This document shows positions 1 through 9,744 of a stretch of 64,000 nt of DNA, one piece after another. A program made the translations under genes and the position numbers. Every line of letters begins with the position of its first letter. Positions within the stretch are counted from its first letter, which is position 1. The notes under the pieces were generated by a model, which saw nothing but the letters and a program-made list of their open reading frames with translations, made no database searches and was not told the origin of the DNA. Source of the DNA: Candidatus Kerfeldbacteria bacterium (GTDB taxonomy: Bacteria > Patescibacteriota > Patescibacteriia > SBBC01); NCBI GenBank assembly GCA_016207275.1, contig JACQPY010000017.1, forward strand, positions 2,479 through 66,478. The letters are read 5' to 3'.

Positions 1-780
1 CCCATAGCCTCTACGGAACAACGCTTCCGCAGCCTCCGTACCTGGAATTGGTCCATGGCCGTTTTACACTTTGTCCAAGGCGTGATTATGGTGGCGATTA
101 GCAACGCATCATCGCTGCCGGTCTTTACATCGTATCTCAAAATCAATCCCAATAATCCTATCTTCGGCGTTGCGTCAACGCCGGAACATTGGTTTGATCT
201 TCGACTTGGTCCGGCTGTGTCCGTTTTTCTATTTCTCTCCGCCATTGCCCACTTTTTGCTCGCTGGCCCGCTGCGCATTTGGTATGAAGAGAATTTGGTC
301 AAGGGCATGAACAAACTGCGCTGGTTTGAATACATGCTCTCGTCCTCAGTCATGATCTGGATCATTGCTATGCTTTGCGGGGTGTATGATTTTTGGCTGC
401 TCATTACTCTCTTTTCGCTGAACGCGATCATGAACTTGATGGGGCTCATCATGGAAGTCCATAACCAAACAACTCCGAAAACGAATTGGCTCTCTTACTA
501 CGTTGGTGTATTCGCCGGTGCAATACCTTGGGTTGTGATCTTCACGTACTTTGGTGCGGCCATTTCCAGCACCGGCGTGAACGTCCCGGGGTTTGTATAC
601 GCGATTGTATTCACGATTTTTGCGACGTTCTCAATTTTTGCCATCAACATGATCCTGCAGTACAAGAAAGTCGGTCCATGGAAAGATTATTTCTATGGCG
701 AGCGAGCCTATATGATTTTGTCTTTAGTTGCAAAATCGCTTCTGGCTTGGGAAATATTTTCGGGGACGCTACGACCGTAG
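1..780 (+). CDS. heR: Heliorhodopsin (5'-partial; frame open from base 1)
   Basis: TM1 LRTWNWSMAVLHFVQG, LRWFEYMLSSSVM, and retinal-lysine motif LSLVAKSLLAW; about 7 hydrophobic segments. Confidence 0.93.
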   Translation, partial: PIASTEQRFRSLRTWNWSMAVLHFVQGVIMVAISNASSLPVFTSYLKINPNNPIFGVASTPEHWFDLRLGPAVSVFLFLSAIAHFLLAGPLRIWYEENLVKGMNKLRWFEYMLSSSVMIWIIAMLCGVYDFWLLITLFSLNAIMNLMGLIMEVHNQTTPKTNWLSYYVGVFAGAIPWVVIFTYFGAAISSTGVNVPGFVYAIVFTIFATFSIFAINMILQYKKVGPWKDYFYGERAYMILSLVAKSLLAWEIFSGTLRP

Positions 781-799
781 TAAAATAATTCGGCGGCGC

Positions 800-1063
800 G
801 CCCCGCAGCCCCTCGACTCCGCCCACTCGGCCTTGAGCTCGTGACCGAAAGGTCGGGACAAGCGCGGGGCACCCCGTAGTAGTCCTCATGAAGCTCCGCC
901 AGCGGGAGCTGGCCGTATCCCCAGTTGTTACGGTGCGGAGCGGAATCCCGCACCGAAGACCGTCCGCACCAATCTCATCCACCGACCGAGTCGGTGGTCT
1001 TCTGGTGCGCGGATAAACTCGGACACTACGGGGCAGGCGAACCCCTGTCTGCCGACAGGCAGG
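800..1063. repeat. Composite nested palindromic (REP/MITE-like) intergenic region
   Basis: gccccgc(800)/gcggggc(864); ccccgtagtagtcc(872)/ggacactacgggg(1021); cctgtctgccgacaggcagg at 1044-1063. Confidence 0.7.
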
Positions 1064-1192
1064 CCTCGGGCGGCGGGAAAATGTGACGGAGAAAGCTGCT
1101 GCGTCCCTGAGGACTGATATCATTCATGTTTGACAGTTACGGCTGGCTGGCTTAAGCTGCTACTAGACTTTCGGTGGCTCGAAGGAAGACTT

Positions 1193-1651
1193 ATGTCTGA
1201 ACAAATCACGAGGGAATACTTCAAAACCTTCATGGCTGAATTTCGGGAAGGACTGAAGGCTGATTTTGCGACCAAAGAGGACATTCGCCGCTTCGAAAGC
1301 CAGATGGCAACCAAAGAAGACCTGAGAGGTTTTACTACCAGGGCAGATCTGAAGGGTCTGGCGACGAAGGAGGATCTGAAAGGCTTTGCCACGAAAGAAG
1401 ACCTGAGAGGTTTCGCCAGGACGGAAGACATCCACCGACTTGAAACGAACATGGCAACAAAAGAAGACGTGCATGATCTGTCCACCCAGATTCATGCCAG
1501 CTTTTCCAATCTACAGTCTTCAGTGGATCGTTACCTGCACCGGACTGAAGGTTGGCACCAGGAGTTTTCAGTTCTCAAAGGCAAGCACGAGAAACTTTCC
1601 GGCGCTTTGATTAAAAAAGGCTTGATTAACGAGAAAGATACACTTCTTTAG
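1193..1651 (+). CDS. Coiled-coil protein with ATKEDL tandem repeats
   Basis: ATG at 1193; repeated (F/M)ATKED(L/I/V), four 27-bp units at 1307-1414. Confidence 0.75.
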   Translation: MSEQITREYFKTFMAEFREGLKADFATKEDIRRFESQMATKEDLRGFTTRADLKGLATKEDLKGFATKEDLRGFARTEDIHRLETNMATKEDVHDLSTQIHASFSNLQSSVDRYLHRTEGWHQEFSVLKGKHEKLSGALIKKGLINEKDTLL

Positions 1652-1725
1652 GTTTTGGCAAAGTCCAGCACCACCTCGGCTTCCACTTGCCACGGCTTTC
1701 GTTTTGTTTATGGTAGAATGCGTGC

Positions 1726-2539
1726 ATGACAAAAACTGTTTCGTGGGATAAGGTGGCGGAATGGTGGGACCGCGCGGCTGGCGAAACAGGGGTATGGCAT
1801 CAGGAGCATGATATCGATCCGGTTGTCCGGCGCCTGCTCGGCAGGGTGAAGAGCAGGGTAATTTTGGAAATCGGCTGCGGCAATGGATATTTTTCTCGGC
1901 AGTTGGCTCGAGCTGGGGCAGAAGTAACAGCCATTGATAAATCGAAAAAGTTCGTTTCATTGGCCCAAGAGAAGAAAAAACGTCACCCCTTGAGGATTCA
2001 TTACCTCCAGCATGACGCGGTAAACCTCAAGGGTTTGGGATCCCTAAAATTCGATATCGTATTAGCCAATATGGTGTTAATGGACGTTCCACATTTTCAT
2101 CAGGTGATGAAGGAAGTAGCTCGCGTGTTGAAGTCATCCGGTCGGTTCGTTTTTTCGATTGTCCATCCACTGTATTCTGACTGGCAACATGCCGTTGTCT
2201 CATACAAAGGGAAGAAGTACTATGCTCGGGTTTTGAAGAAGTACATGTCCGAAACCGACAATGACCGGATGCACTGGAAGAGCGGACATGCGACGATTCA
2301 CTACCATCGCCCGTTGCAGTCGTACATTCATGCGCTGCGTGACGCCGGATTCCTTGTCCGAGACATCTACGAGATTCGGACTTCCAGAAAGTTGGTTCGA
2401 GCGCCGTCCGCGGGAGAAAAGAATCGTGGACAAGTTGACGCGATACTTCATTTCGAATCAAGACAGGAAGTTAAAGCTGGCGAGCCGCCGCGAAATACCA
2501 CTCTTCCTCGTAGTCGAAGCGGTGAAGGCTATTCGCTAA
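1726..2539 (+). CDS. Class I SAM-dependent methyltransferase, apparent +1 frameshift near 2400-2410
   Basis: LEIGCGNG motif I, FDIVLANM, LKSSGRFVFSIVHP; family-like C-terminus EIPLFLVVEAVK lies in the next frame ending 2539. Confidence 0.8.
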
Positions 2540-2651
2540 CTTCTGGCCAACGCAAGCAGTCGCGGCGGTTTTCGTTTTGCAAGACTACACATAGGACGAA
2601 AGGCCGCGGGAGTACTCCAACGGCCTTGTTGCCCTTGTCATAACGTGACGC

Positions 2652-3110
2652 CTAACCCTTGAACACGAAGCTCATCTCGCCGGAGATGACCGTTCTGGCG
2701 TTGGTGAAGGTGAACAGCAGGAAGTCCTCCAGCCTCCTGATCTCCTTCCAGTTCTTGAGCGTGAAGCGCATCTCGAACGGCGCGCCCTTGATCACGCGCT
2801 GGTGGAAGGTCATCGCCAGGTTGCGGTAGAAGATCTCCCACTCGACCGCGGCCCGGCGAAAGGCGGCTACATCCATGTCCACGGGCAGCAGGCGCTGATC
2901 GAGAATGTGCTCGGCCAGCAGGTAGCAGGCCTGGCTCAAGCATCGGACGTAGTTCTCAGCCGTGACGTACGGGATCGGATTGGCCGTGTACTGCGTTCCC
3001 TCCGGTACGCAGCAGGTGACGGTGATTCCGAGGCTGGCGTCATCGAAGGCGTAACTGGTGATGAAGGTCTGTTCGGGCGGGTACAGCAGTTTCAGGATGT
3101 TGTCTGGCAT
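2652..3110 (-). CDS. FcoT-like hot-dog-fold thioesterase
   Basis: YVTAENYVRCLSQACY resembles FcoT HFNAVELILCFNQLAY from memory; C-terminal SGEM; GAGGAG SD; strong GC3 codon bias. Confidence 0.55.
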   Translation of the reverse strand: MPDNILKLLYPPEQTFITSYAFDDASLGITVTCCVPEGTQYTANPIPYVTAENYVRCLSQACYLLAEHILDQRLLPVDMDVAAFRRAAVEWEIFYRNLAMTFHQRVIKGAPFEMRFTLKNWKEIRRLEDFLLFTFTNARTVISGEMSFVFKG

Positions 3111-3469
3111 TGGCTCCTCGTCTTGGGCCGATCAAGCGCCTGGACTGGTTATTGAGACGCGCAATGTATTCGGTTGACAAAAGGCATGGGTTCTTTACCG
3201 TATCGCTCCTACGTTGTCAAGATTCAATCATCGCGTCAACCAGAGCGGAAGGTCATCGTCGTCTACCGCACGTCCCCGGACAGCCACCGTAATCATACAA
3301 GCGCTGTTCATTACCCATCCACGGAGACGTGGGTGGTTTTCATTTTCGTTGGCGCGCAGGCCTGTCCCGTCATACGACGGGATCCCGCCTTCCTTTAGAT
3401 TTTGACATCAAGGTGGCGGGAAAAGCCGGCGCTGGGGAAATTTCATGTTTTCCGATATAATATTGTTAC

Positions 3470-4726
3470 ATGTTCCACCCGAAAAAAACATTCAAACGCA
3501 TCGGTCCGGGCGTGATTACCGGCGCGTCTGACGACGATCCATCAGGCATTGCCACGTACTCGCAAGCCGGGGCGCAGTTCGGGTACGGCCTGCTGTGGAT
3601 GGCGCTCTTCACCACCCCGATGATGATGGCGGTTCAGGAAATGTCGGCCCGGCTCGGCCTGGTCAGCGGTCAGGGACTGGCGGCGGTTTTTCGGAAGCAC
3701 ACCTCGGTCAAAGTGGTCTTCATCCTGAGCAGCCTGCTGTTCCTGGTCAACACCATCAACATCGGTGCTGACCTGAGCGCCATGGCCGCGGCCGTGCAGC
3801 TGCTGGTGCCGGCCTCACCGTGGGTCTACCTGGTGCTGTTTGCGTTGGGCATTGCCGTGCTTGAAGTATTTGTCAGCTACCGCCGGTACGTCAATGTGCT
3901 GCGCTGGTTGACGCTATCACTGCTGGCGTACGTGGCGGCGGCGTTTTTTGTGCAACAGGACTGGTTGGCGGTGCTGAAGCAAACAATCGTCCCGACGCTG
4001 ACGTTTACCCCGGCGTCGTTGACCATGGTGGTGGCCGTACTGGGCACGACCATTTCTCCGTATTTGTTTTTTTGGCAAACGTCGGAGGAAGTGGAAGAGG
4101 AAATAGCGACCGGCCGGAAGACCGTTCGGGCCCGCCGCGGGGCGACGTCAATTGAACTCAAATCGATGCGGCGCGACGTCGCCGCCGGCATGATTTTTTC
4201 CAACGTGATCATGTTCTTCATCATTGTGATGTCCGCAGCCACGCTCCATCGAGCCGGTATCACCAACATTCAAACTGCGGTCCAGGCGGCCGAGGCGCTT
4301 CGGCCGCTAACCGCCAACTTCGCTTTCATCCTTTTTACCCTCGGTATTGTCGGCACCGGTTTACTGGCCATTCCAATCCTGGCCGCTTCGGCCTCGTACG
4401 CCATCGCCGAAGTATTCGGCTGGCGTGAAGGCCTGTCGGAAAACTATCGGCACGCCCATTCGTTTTACCTGGTGATGGTCGTGGCGATTGCCCTCGGCCT
4501 GCTGACCAATGCCCTCGGCGTTCCACCGATTAGCTTCCTAGTTTTCGCCGCTGTCCTCAATGGCTTGCTGGCACCGATATTCTTATGGTACATCATTCGG
4601 TTAGCGGATCGCCGAGACATCGTTGGTCGCCGCCGCAGTCCGACAGTCGTGCGCCTGGTCGGTTGGGCGACGTTTACGGTCATCGCCCTGGCCACCGTCG
4701 CCCTCGTCATCCAGTATGTGGTGTAA
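3470..4726 (+). CDS. Nramp-family divalent metal transporter
   Basis: GPGVITGASDDDPSGIATYSQAG and GTTISPYLFFWQ; many TMs; TATAAT at 3456. Confidence 0.9.
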   Translation: MFHPKKTFKRIGPGVITGASDDDPSGIATYSQAGAQFGYGLLWMALFTTPMMMAVQEMSARLGLVSGQGLAAVFRKHTSVKVVFILSSLLFLVNTINIGADLSAMAAAVQLLVPASPWVYLVLFALGIAVLEVFVSYRRYVNVLRWLTLSLLAYVAAAFFVQQDWLAVLKQTIVPTLTFTPASLTMVVAVLGTTISPYLFFWQTSEEVEEEIATGRKTVRARRGATSIELKSMRRDVAAGMIFSNVIMFFIIVMSAATLHRAGITNIQTAVQAAEALRPLTANFAFILFTLGIVGTGLLAIPILAASASYAIAEVFGWREGLSENYRHAHSFYLVMVVAIALGLLTNALGVPPISFLVFAAVLNGLLAPIFLWYIIRLADRRDIVGRRRSPTVVRLVGWATFTVIALATVALVIQYVV

Positions 4727-4729
4727 CCA

Positions 4730-7456
4730 ATGACCATGGAACAGCCGCCATTGACGATTCCCTGGCACGCCCAAAATATCGAGGAGGTACTCCGACAGCT
4801 GCGGACGACCATTCGCGGTTTGACCTCGACCGAAGCGGCCGAACGGCAACGCAGCGCTGGCCGAAACGTCATTACGGTTCGACGTCGACGTTCTGACGCC
4901 CGGTTGTTCATCAGTCAGTTTGCCAGTCCGTTAGTCCTGATTCTGTTCGGCGCCGCGGCCATCTCGTTTTTCTTCGAGGCGCTGACCGACGCGTTCATCA
5001 TCATTGGGGTTTTGGTGTTCAATGCGGTCGTCGGGTTCATGCAAGAGCGCAAAGCCGACGAAGCGATGAATCGCTTGCGGTCGTTGTCGCCGCAGCTGGT
5101 GTTAGTCCTGCGGGATGGCGAAGAGCGGCAGCTGCCAGCCGAAGAGCTGGTGGCTGGCGACGTGGTTCGGCTTGAAGTCGGTTCGGTCGTACCGGCTGAT
5201 GGACGATTGGTCGAGGCGATAAACTTGAAAATCAACGAGGCGGTTTTTACCGGCGAGTCGGTTCCGGCGGAAAAACATACTGATCCGCTTGGTTCGTCAA
5301 CCTCGTTGCCCGACCGACGCAACCTGGCGTGGCGCGGCACGACGGTGGCGTCCGGTCGGGGGCGGTTGGCGGTGACGGACATCGGGACGGCCACGCGTTT
5401 TGGACAAATTGTTCAGGCCGTCGCCGCCGCTGAGGAAGACGCAACGCCGTTCCAACGTAAGATCGCCGATTTTGCCAAGCGCCTGGCCGCAGTCATTGTT
5501 GTCCTGTCGGTGGTAATCCTGGGCTTGAGCGTCGCCCGCTCGTTCTCGTTTGAAGATTCATTGTTGCTCAGCGTTAGCTTGGTCGTGTCGTTGATTCCGG
5601 AGGGTCTGCCAGTGGTCATCACCTTGGCCTTTGCCTGGGGCATGTGGCAGATGGCTAAGCGGCGCGCGCTGATTCGCAAACTCTACGCCGTGGAAACACT
5701 CGGTTCGGTGACGATCATCGCCTCGGACAAGACCGGGACGCTGACGTTCGGCGAAATGATGGTTGAGGAAATCATCACCGACCATCGGCGCGTTCGCGTC
5801 ACCGGCGAAGGCTACGGTCGACACGGGGATTTCTTCGAGGGCGAGCAGCAAATTTCACTCGTTGAGGACACGGTCTTGCGCCGGCTGGTCGAGGTCGGCG
5901 TACTCAACAATGACAGTCAGTTGTCGCATGACGAGCACGGCCAGGAGCGTTGGCTCGGCGATCCGACCGAAATCAGCCTGACCGTCCTCGGCTATAAAGT
6001 CTCCTTGACACGGGATGAACTTGAGCGGGCCTTTCCCCGGGTGGGCGAGTTTCCGTTCGATTTCTCGTTAAAGTACATGGTCACCTTCCACACCGCTGCG
6101 AACCAGCGTTACTTGGTTGCCGTCAAGGGCGCGCCGCGCCAAATTCTGGACCGCTGCACGCGTAAATTAACCCCGGACGGTGTCGAGCCGTTCACCGCCG
6201 CCGACCGGCAAGAAGCCAGGGCGGCGTTCGAAGAACTGGCGACGCGCTCGCTTCGCGGGCTGGCCTTTGCCTACGCCGAAACTGATGCCGACTGGCGATC
6301 AATCACGCACCAAAACCTTGGTCAGCACCTGGTCTACCTCGGTTTAGTTGGCATCCGCGACCAGGTTCGACCTGAGGCGCGAGACACAGTTGAGGCCGCT
6401 CGCGCCGCCGGAATTCGCGTCATCATGCTGACCGGCGACTACCGGGTAACGGCGGTGGCGGTGGCGCGCGAGATCGGCATCTTAGCGGCGGGACATGACG
6501 ACCGGGCAGTCCTCGACGGTCGAGACCTCGATCGGTTGAGCGATCGTGAGCTCAGCCAGCGGCTGTCGCAAGCGGTGGTGTTTAGTCGCGTCTCACCGGA
6601 GCAGAAATTGCGAATTGCCCGCTTGCTCAAGCGCGGCGGCCAGATCGTCGCCATGACCGGCGACGGCATCAATGATGTCCCGGCGCTGACCGAAGCCAAC
6701 ATCGGCGTGGCCATTGGTACGACTAGCACCGACGCGGCCAAAGAAGCAGCGGAAATGGTGGTGACCGATGGTAACCTGTCCAGCATTTTGGCGGCGGTCG
6801 AGGAAGGCCGGGTTATTTTTCGTAACATCCAGCGGGTGCTGATCTACCTTCTCGCCTCAAACCTGGGCGAGCTGGTCTTAATTTTGAGCGCGCTCTTCAT
6901 CGGCCTGCCGCTGCCATTGCTACCGATTCACATTATCTGGCTGAACGTGGTGACTGATCCGTTCATGGGCCTGGCCTTGGCGCGGGAGCCAAAAGGGCCG
7001 CATGTTATGGCGGAACGTCCGCGCGATCCAGCGGCCGCCATCCTGGGAACCGGACACTGGGCCCGAATTGCTCTCAACGGCTCGGTCGTCGGCCTCAGCA
7101 GCTTAGCGGTGTTGCTGGTAGCGACCGCCGCCGGCCGATCAACGCCTGAGCTGTTTGGCCTAACGCTGACCACCATGGCCTTGGGTGAGTGGTTTGTCGC
7201 TCTGAACAGTCGCTCGGGTCGGCGGAGCTTGTTGACCCAATTGACGAACAACCGATTGATCCTGGTCGCCTTAGCGCTGGTGATCGGCATGCAGCTGGCA
7301 ATCTTGTATGTCCCGGCCCTGGCGGCGGCCTTTCATCTGGAGTCGCTGCGGGCCATTGATTGGCTGTGGGTTACCCTGGCGGCAGGAAGCGTCATCGTGG
7401 TCGAAGAAATTCGTAAGCTGGTTGTTCGCCAGCGGCACCGTCGGTCATCGCCATGA
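4730..7456 (+). CDS. P-type cation-transporting ATPase (P2A/Ca2+-like)
   Basis: TGES, IPEGLP, DKTGT, KGAP, TGD and GDGIND motifs. Confidence 0.93.
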   Translation: MTMEQPPLTIPWHAQNIEEVLRQLRTTIRGLTSTEAAERQRSAGRNVITVRRRRSDARLFISQFASPLVLILFGAAAISFFFEALTDAFIIIGVLVFNAVVGFMQERKADEAMNRLRSLSPQLVLVLRDGEERQLPAEELVAGDVVRLEVGSVVPADGRLVEAINLKINEAVFTGESVPAEKHTDPLGSSTSLPDRRNLAWRGTTVASGRGRLAVTDIGTATRFGQIVQAVAAAEEDATPFQRKIADFAKRLAAVIVVLSVVILGLSVARSFSFEDSLLLSVSLVVSLIPEGLPVVITLAFAWGMWQMAKRRALIRKLYAVETLGSVTIIASDKTGTLTFGEMMVEEIITDHRRVRVTGEGYGRHGDFFEGEQQISLVEDTVLRRLVEVGVLNNDSQLSHDEHGQERWLGDPTEISLTVLGYKVSLTRDELERAFPRVGEFPFDFSLKYMVTFHTAANQRYLVAVKGAPRQILDRCTRKLTPDGVEPFTAADRQEARAAFEELATRSLRGLAFAYAETDADWRSITHQNLGQHLVYLGLVGIRDQVRPEARDTVEAARAAGIRVIMLTGDYRVTAVAVAREIGILAAGHDDRAVLDGRDLDRLSDRELSQRLSQAVVFSRVSPEQKLRIARLLKRGGQIVAMTGDGINDVPALTEANIGVAIGTTSTDAAKEAAEMVVTDGNLSSILAAVEEGRVIFRNIQRVLIYLLASNLGELVLILSALFIGLPLPLLPIHIIWLNVVTDPFMGLALAREPKGPHVMAERPRDPAAAILGTGHWARIALNGSVVGLSSLAVLLVATAAGRSTPELFGLTLTTMALGEWFVALNSRSGRRSLLTQLTNNRLILVALALVIGMQLAILYVPALAAAFHLESLRAIDWLWVTLAAGSVIVVEEIRKLVVRQRHRRSSP

Positions 7457-8058
7457 TGCAGAAAATTATCATCGCCTCGGTTTACCTCGTCCAAGCGGGC
7501 TTGCTCGTCTATGAGCTGATCGCCCAGTACGACAGCCGTGGTCGGCAGAACGCTCTGGCTATCACCAACCTAGCCACCATCGCCATCTACGTCTTAGTGC
7601 AGCGCTACGTTCGGCGGCGGTACGGGATTACCCTGCACTGGATCGTGCTGGTAATTTTGAGCGCCGGCGTCTGGCTCGACGCCGTCGGCAACTTCCAGCA
7701 CTTCTACGCCCGGTACTGGTGGTGGGATCGGTTGACCCACGCCGTCGGCGGTTTAGCGGCGACGGTCGGTGTCTATATGATAGCCGTAGCGTTGTGGCAG
7801 GCTGGCCGGCTGGCCGTGTCCTGGCGGGTCCTCAACCTCTATGTCTTCTGTTTAGCCCAAACGCTGGGCGCCCTCTATGAGGTTTCCGAGTGGGTCGGTG
7901 ACGAGCTCTTCCTCACCCACCGGGTCCAAGGATTGTTCGACACGCCGCGTGATATCTTTTTCAACATGATCGGCGGGGTAACGGTGGTGCTCATCGGTAC
8001 CTGGTGGCGGATGCGCCATCGGGCCGTTCATCCGCCAGGCGATGCTGACCGTATCTAA
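7453..8058 (+). CDS. Membrane protein, DUF2238-like
   Basis: WWDRLTH, YEVSEW and DTPRDIFFN motifs; several TMs; ATGA-coupled. Confidence 0.6.
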   Translation: MMQKIIIASVYLVQAGLLVYELIAQYDSRGRQNALAITNLATIAIYVLVQRYVRRRYGITLHWIVLVILSAGVWLDAVGNFQHFYARYWWWDRLTHAVGGLAATVGVYMIAVALWQAGRLAVSWRVLNLYVFCLAQTLGALYEVSEWVGDELFLTHRVQGLFDTPRDIFFNMIGGVTVVLIGTWWRMRHRAVHPPGDADRI

Positions 8059-9688
8059 GCGTGGGCTGGGTGCCCTGGTCATTGGCGGCGCGTTGCTGGT
8101 TAGCGCGACGTTGATGCTGACGGCGGCGGTCGAGGATTCACAGACCGCCGACGAAGCGACGTACCTGGTTTCCGGTTTGAGCTACTGGCGAACCGGCGAT
8201 TTTCGTTTAAACGTCGAGCATCCGCCGGTGCTAAAATTGTGGTTGAGCCTGCCGCTGCGGTTAGGCGGGGTCCCGTTCGTTCCGACCGAATCAGCTTGGG
8301 CCGGCGCCAGTCAATGGGACATCGCCTTGACGACGCTCTATGGTTCATCCGTCCCTGGGCATGAATTGCTGGTCAGCGCCCGGCTGATGAACGTGATGTT
8401 GACGATCGCCTTAGTGGCCGTGGCCGCGCTGCTGGCTTACAAAACCTGGGGCGGCCGAGCGGCCGTGGTCGCCGCGGTCCTGACTGCCTTCGAGCCGAAT
8501 GTTCTCGCCAACGGCCATCTCGCCACCACCGATGTCGGTTACACCCTCGGTCTACTTGCCAGCCTGTTGACGTTCGGCTGGTTTTTGGAGCGCCGAACGA
8601 CGAGGCGCTTGCTGCTGGCTGCCAGTGCTTTTGCCGTTGCCCTGTTGACTCGCTTCAACGCGCTGATTCTGGTCGGGTTGCTGCCGACGGTATACGTGGT
8701 CGCTCGTCAAACCGCTGGCCAGGGTGTCCATTTACCTGGCCGGGAAATGCTGCGCATCATCGGTACCTTTGCCGGGGTCTCGTTGATGACGGTTTGGGCG
8801 TTCTACGGATTCGAGGTTCGTACGCTAACCGGCGTTCAAGATCAGACTGCCCGCCAGGTGCTCAGCTCGTTTGGGCCGCTCGGTCAGTGGATTCAATCGG
8901 TGTCGTTGCCCGCCGCATCGTACTTGAGTGGTTTACTGTGGCAAGTCGGCCACAATGCGGTTGGCCAGCCGGCCTATTTGTTTGGGCAGACCAGTCAGAC
9001 CGGTTGGTGGTACTACTTTCCCGCGGCCATGGTAATCAAAATGACGCTGGCTTCGCTGCTGCTGGCTGCCGCGGCGATCTGGTTTACCCGCGGTCGGTCA
9101 GCGGAGGATGGTGGTCGGGTTTTCTCGACACGGTACATCCTGATCAGCTTGGTAGTCATCTTGGTGGCGGCCCTGCCGAGCAAGTTAAACCTTGGCGTGC
9201 GATATGTGTTGCCGGCAATGACGCTGCTGCTGGTCCTGGCGTCCGGCGCGGCGGCGGCGTGGACACCGATGAGAAAGGTGCTGGTCGGGGCGCTCGTGCT
9301 GTGGCACGTCGTGTCAGTCGTCCACTTCGCGCCAACATTTTTGCCGTATGCCAATGAAGCATTTGGCGGTCCGACCCAGCTGCACCGTTACCTGATTGAT
9401 TCAAACCTTGATTGGGGACAGGATTTGATTCGCGTCCGCCGCTACCTCGAAGCCAATCACATTACTGCGTATCGTTTCCGATCGTTTACCACTGCGCCAG
9501 CGCGAGCTTATGGTTTGTTGGAGCACGACGTTCCGACTGACGAAACAGTTGCCAACGAGCCGTTTCACGGAGTCATCGTTGTCGGTCAGTCGTTTCTCTA
9601 CTATCCTGGGCAGCAGCTCGAGTGGCTAAAGCGTTTACGGCCAACCGCCGTCATTGGTCAGGCCACGAATGTCTACGATCTGCGGTAG
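8042..9688 (+). CDS. GT-C (ArnT/PMT-like, GT39/GT83) glycosyltransferase
   Basis: TADE, EHPP, LATTD, DSNLDWGQDL; multiple TMs. Confidence 0.8.
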   Translation: MLTVSKRGLGALVIGGALLVSATLMLTAAVEDSQTADEATYLVSGLSYWRTGDFRLNVEHPPVLKLWLSLPLRLGGVPFVPTESAWAGASQWDIALTTLYGSSVPGHELLVSARLMNVMLTIALVAVAALLAYKTWGGRAAVVAAVLTAFEPNVLANGHLATTDVGYTLGLLASLLTFGWFLERRTTRRLLLAASAFAVALLTRFNALILVGLLPTVYVVARQTAGQGVHLPGREMLRIIGTFAGVSLMTVWAFYGFEVRTLTGVQDQTARQVLSSFGPLGQWIQSVSLPAASYLSGLLWQVGHNAVGQPAYLFGQTSQTGWWYYFPAAMVIKMTLASLLLAAAAIWFTRGRSAEDGGRVFSTRYILISLVVILVAALPSKLNLGVRYVLPAMTLLLVLASGAAAAWTPMRKVLVGALVLWHVVSVVHFAPTFLPYANEAFGGPTQLHRYLIDSNLDWGQDLIRVRRYLEANHITAYRFRSFTTAPARAYGLLEHDVPTDETVANEPFHGVIVVGQSFLYYPGQQLEWLKRLRPTAVIGQATNVYDLR

Positions 9689-9744
9689 CGCGGCCTGGCC
9701 AGCGATTGAGCCGTCCACGCATCACGTGGTATACTGACGGCACC

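Noticed and set aside
3174-3398. 74-aa ORF between the FcoT-like gene and Nramp
   Set aside because: No recognisable motif or initiation signal; cannot be supported
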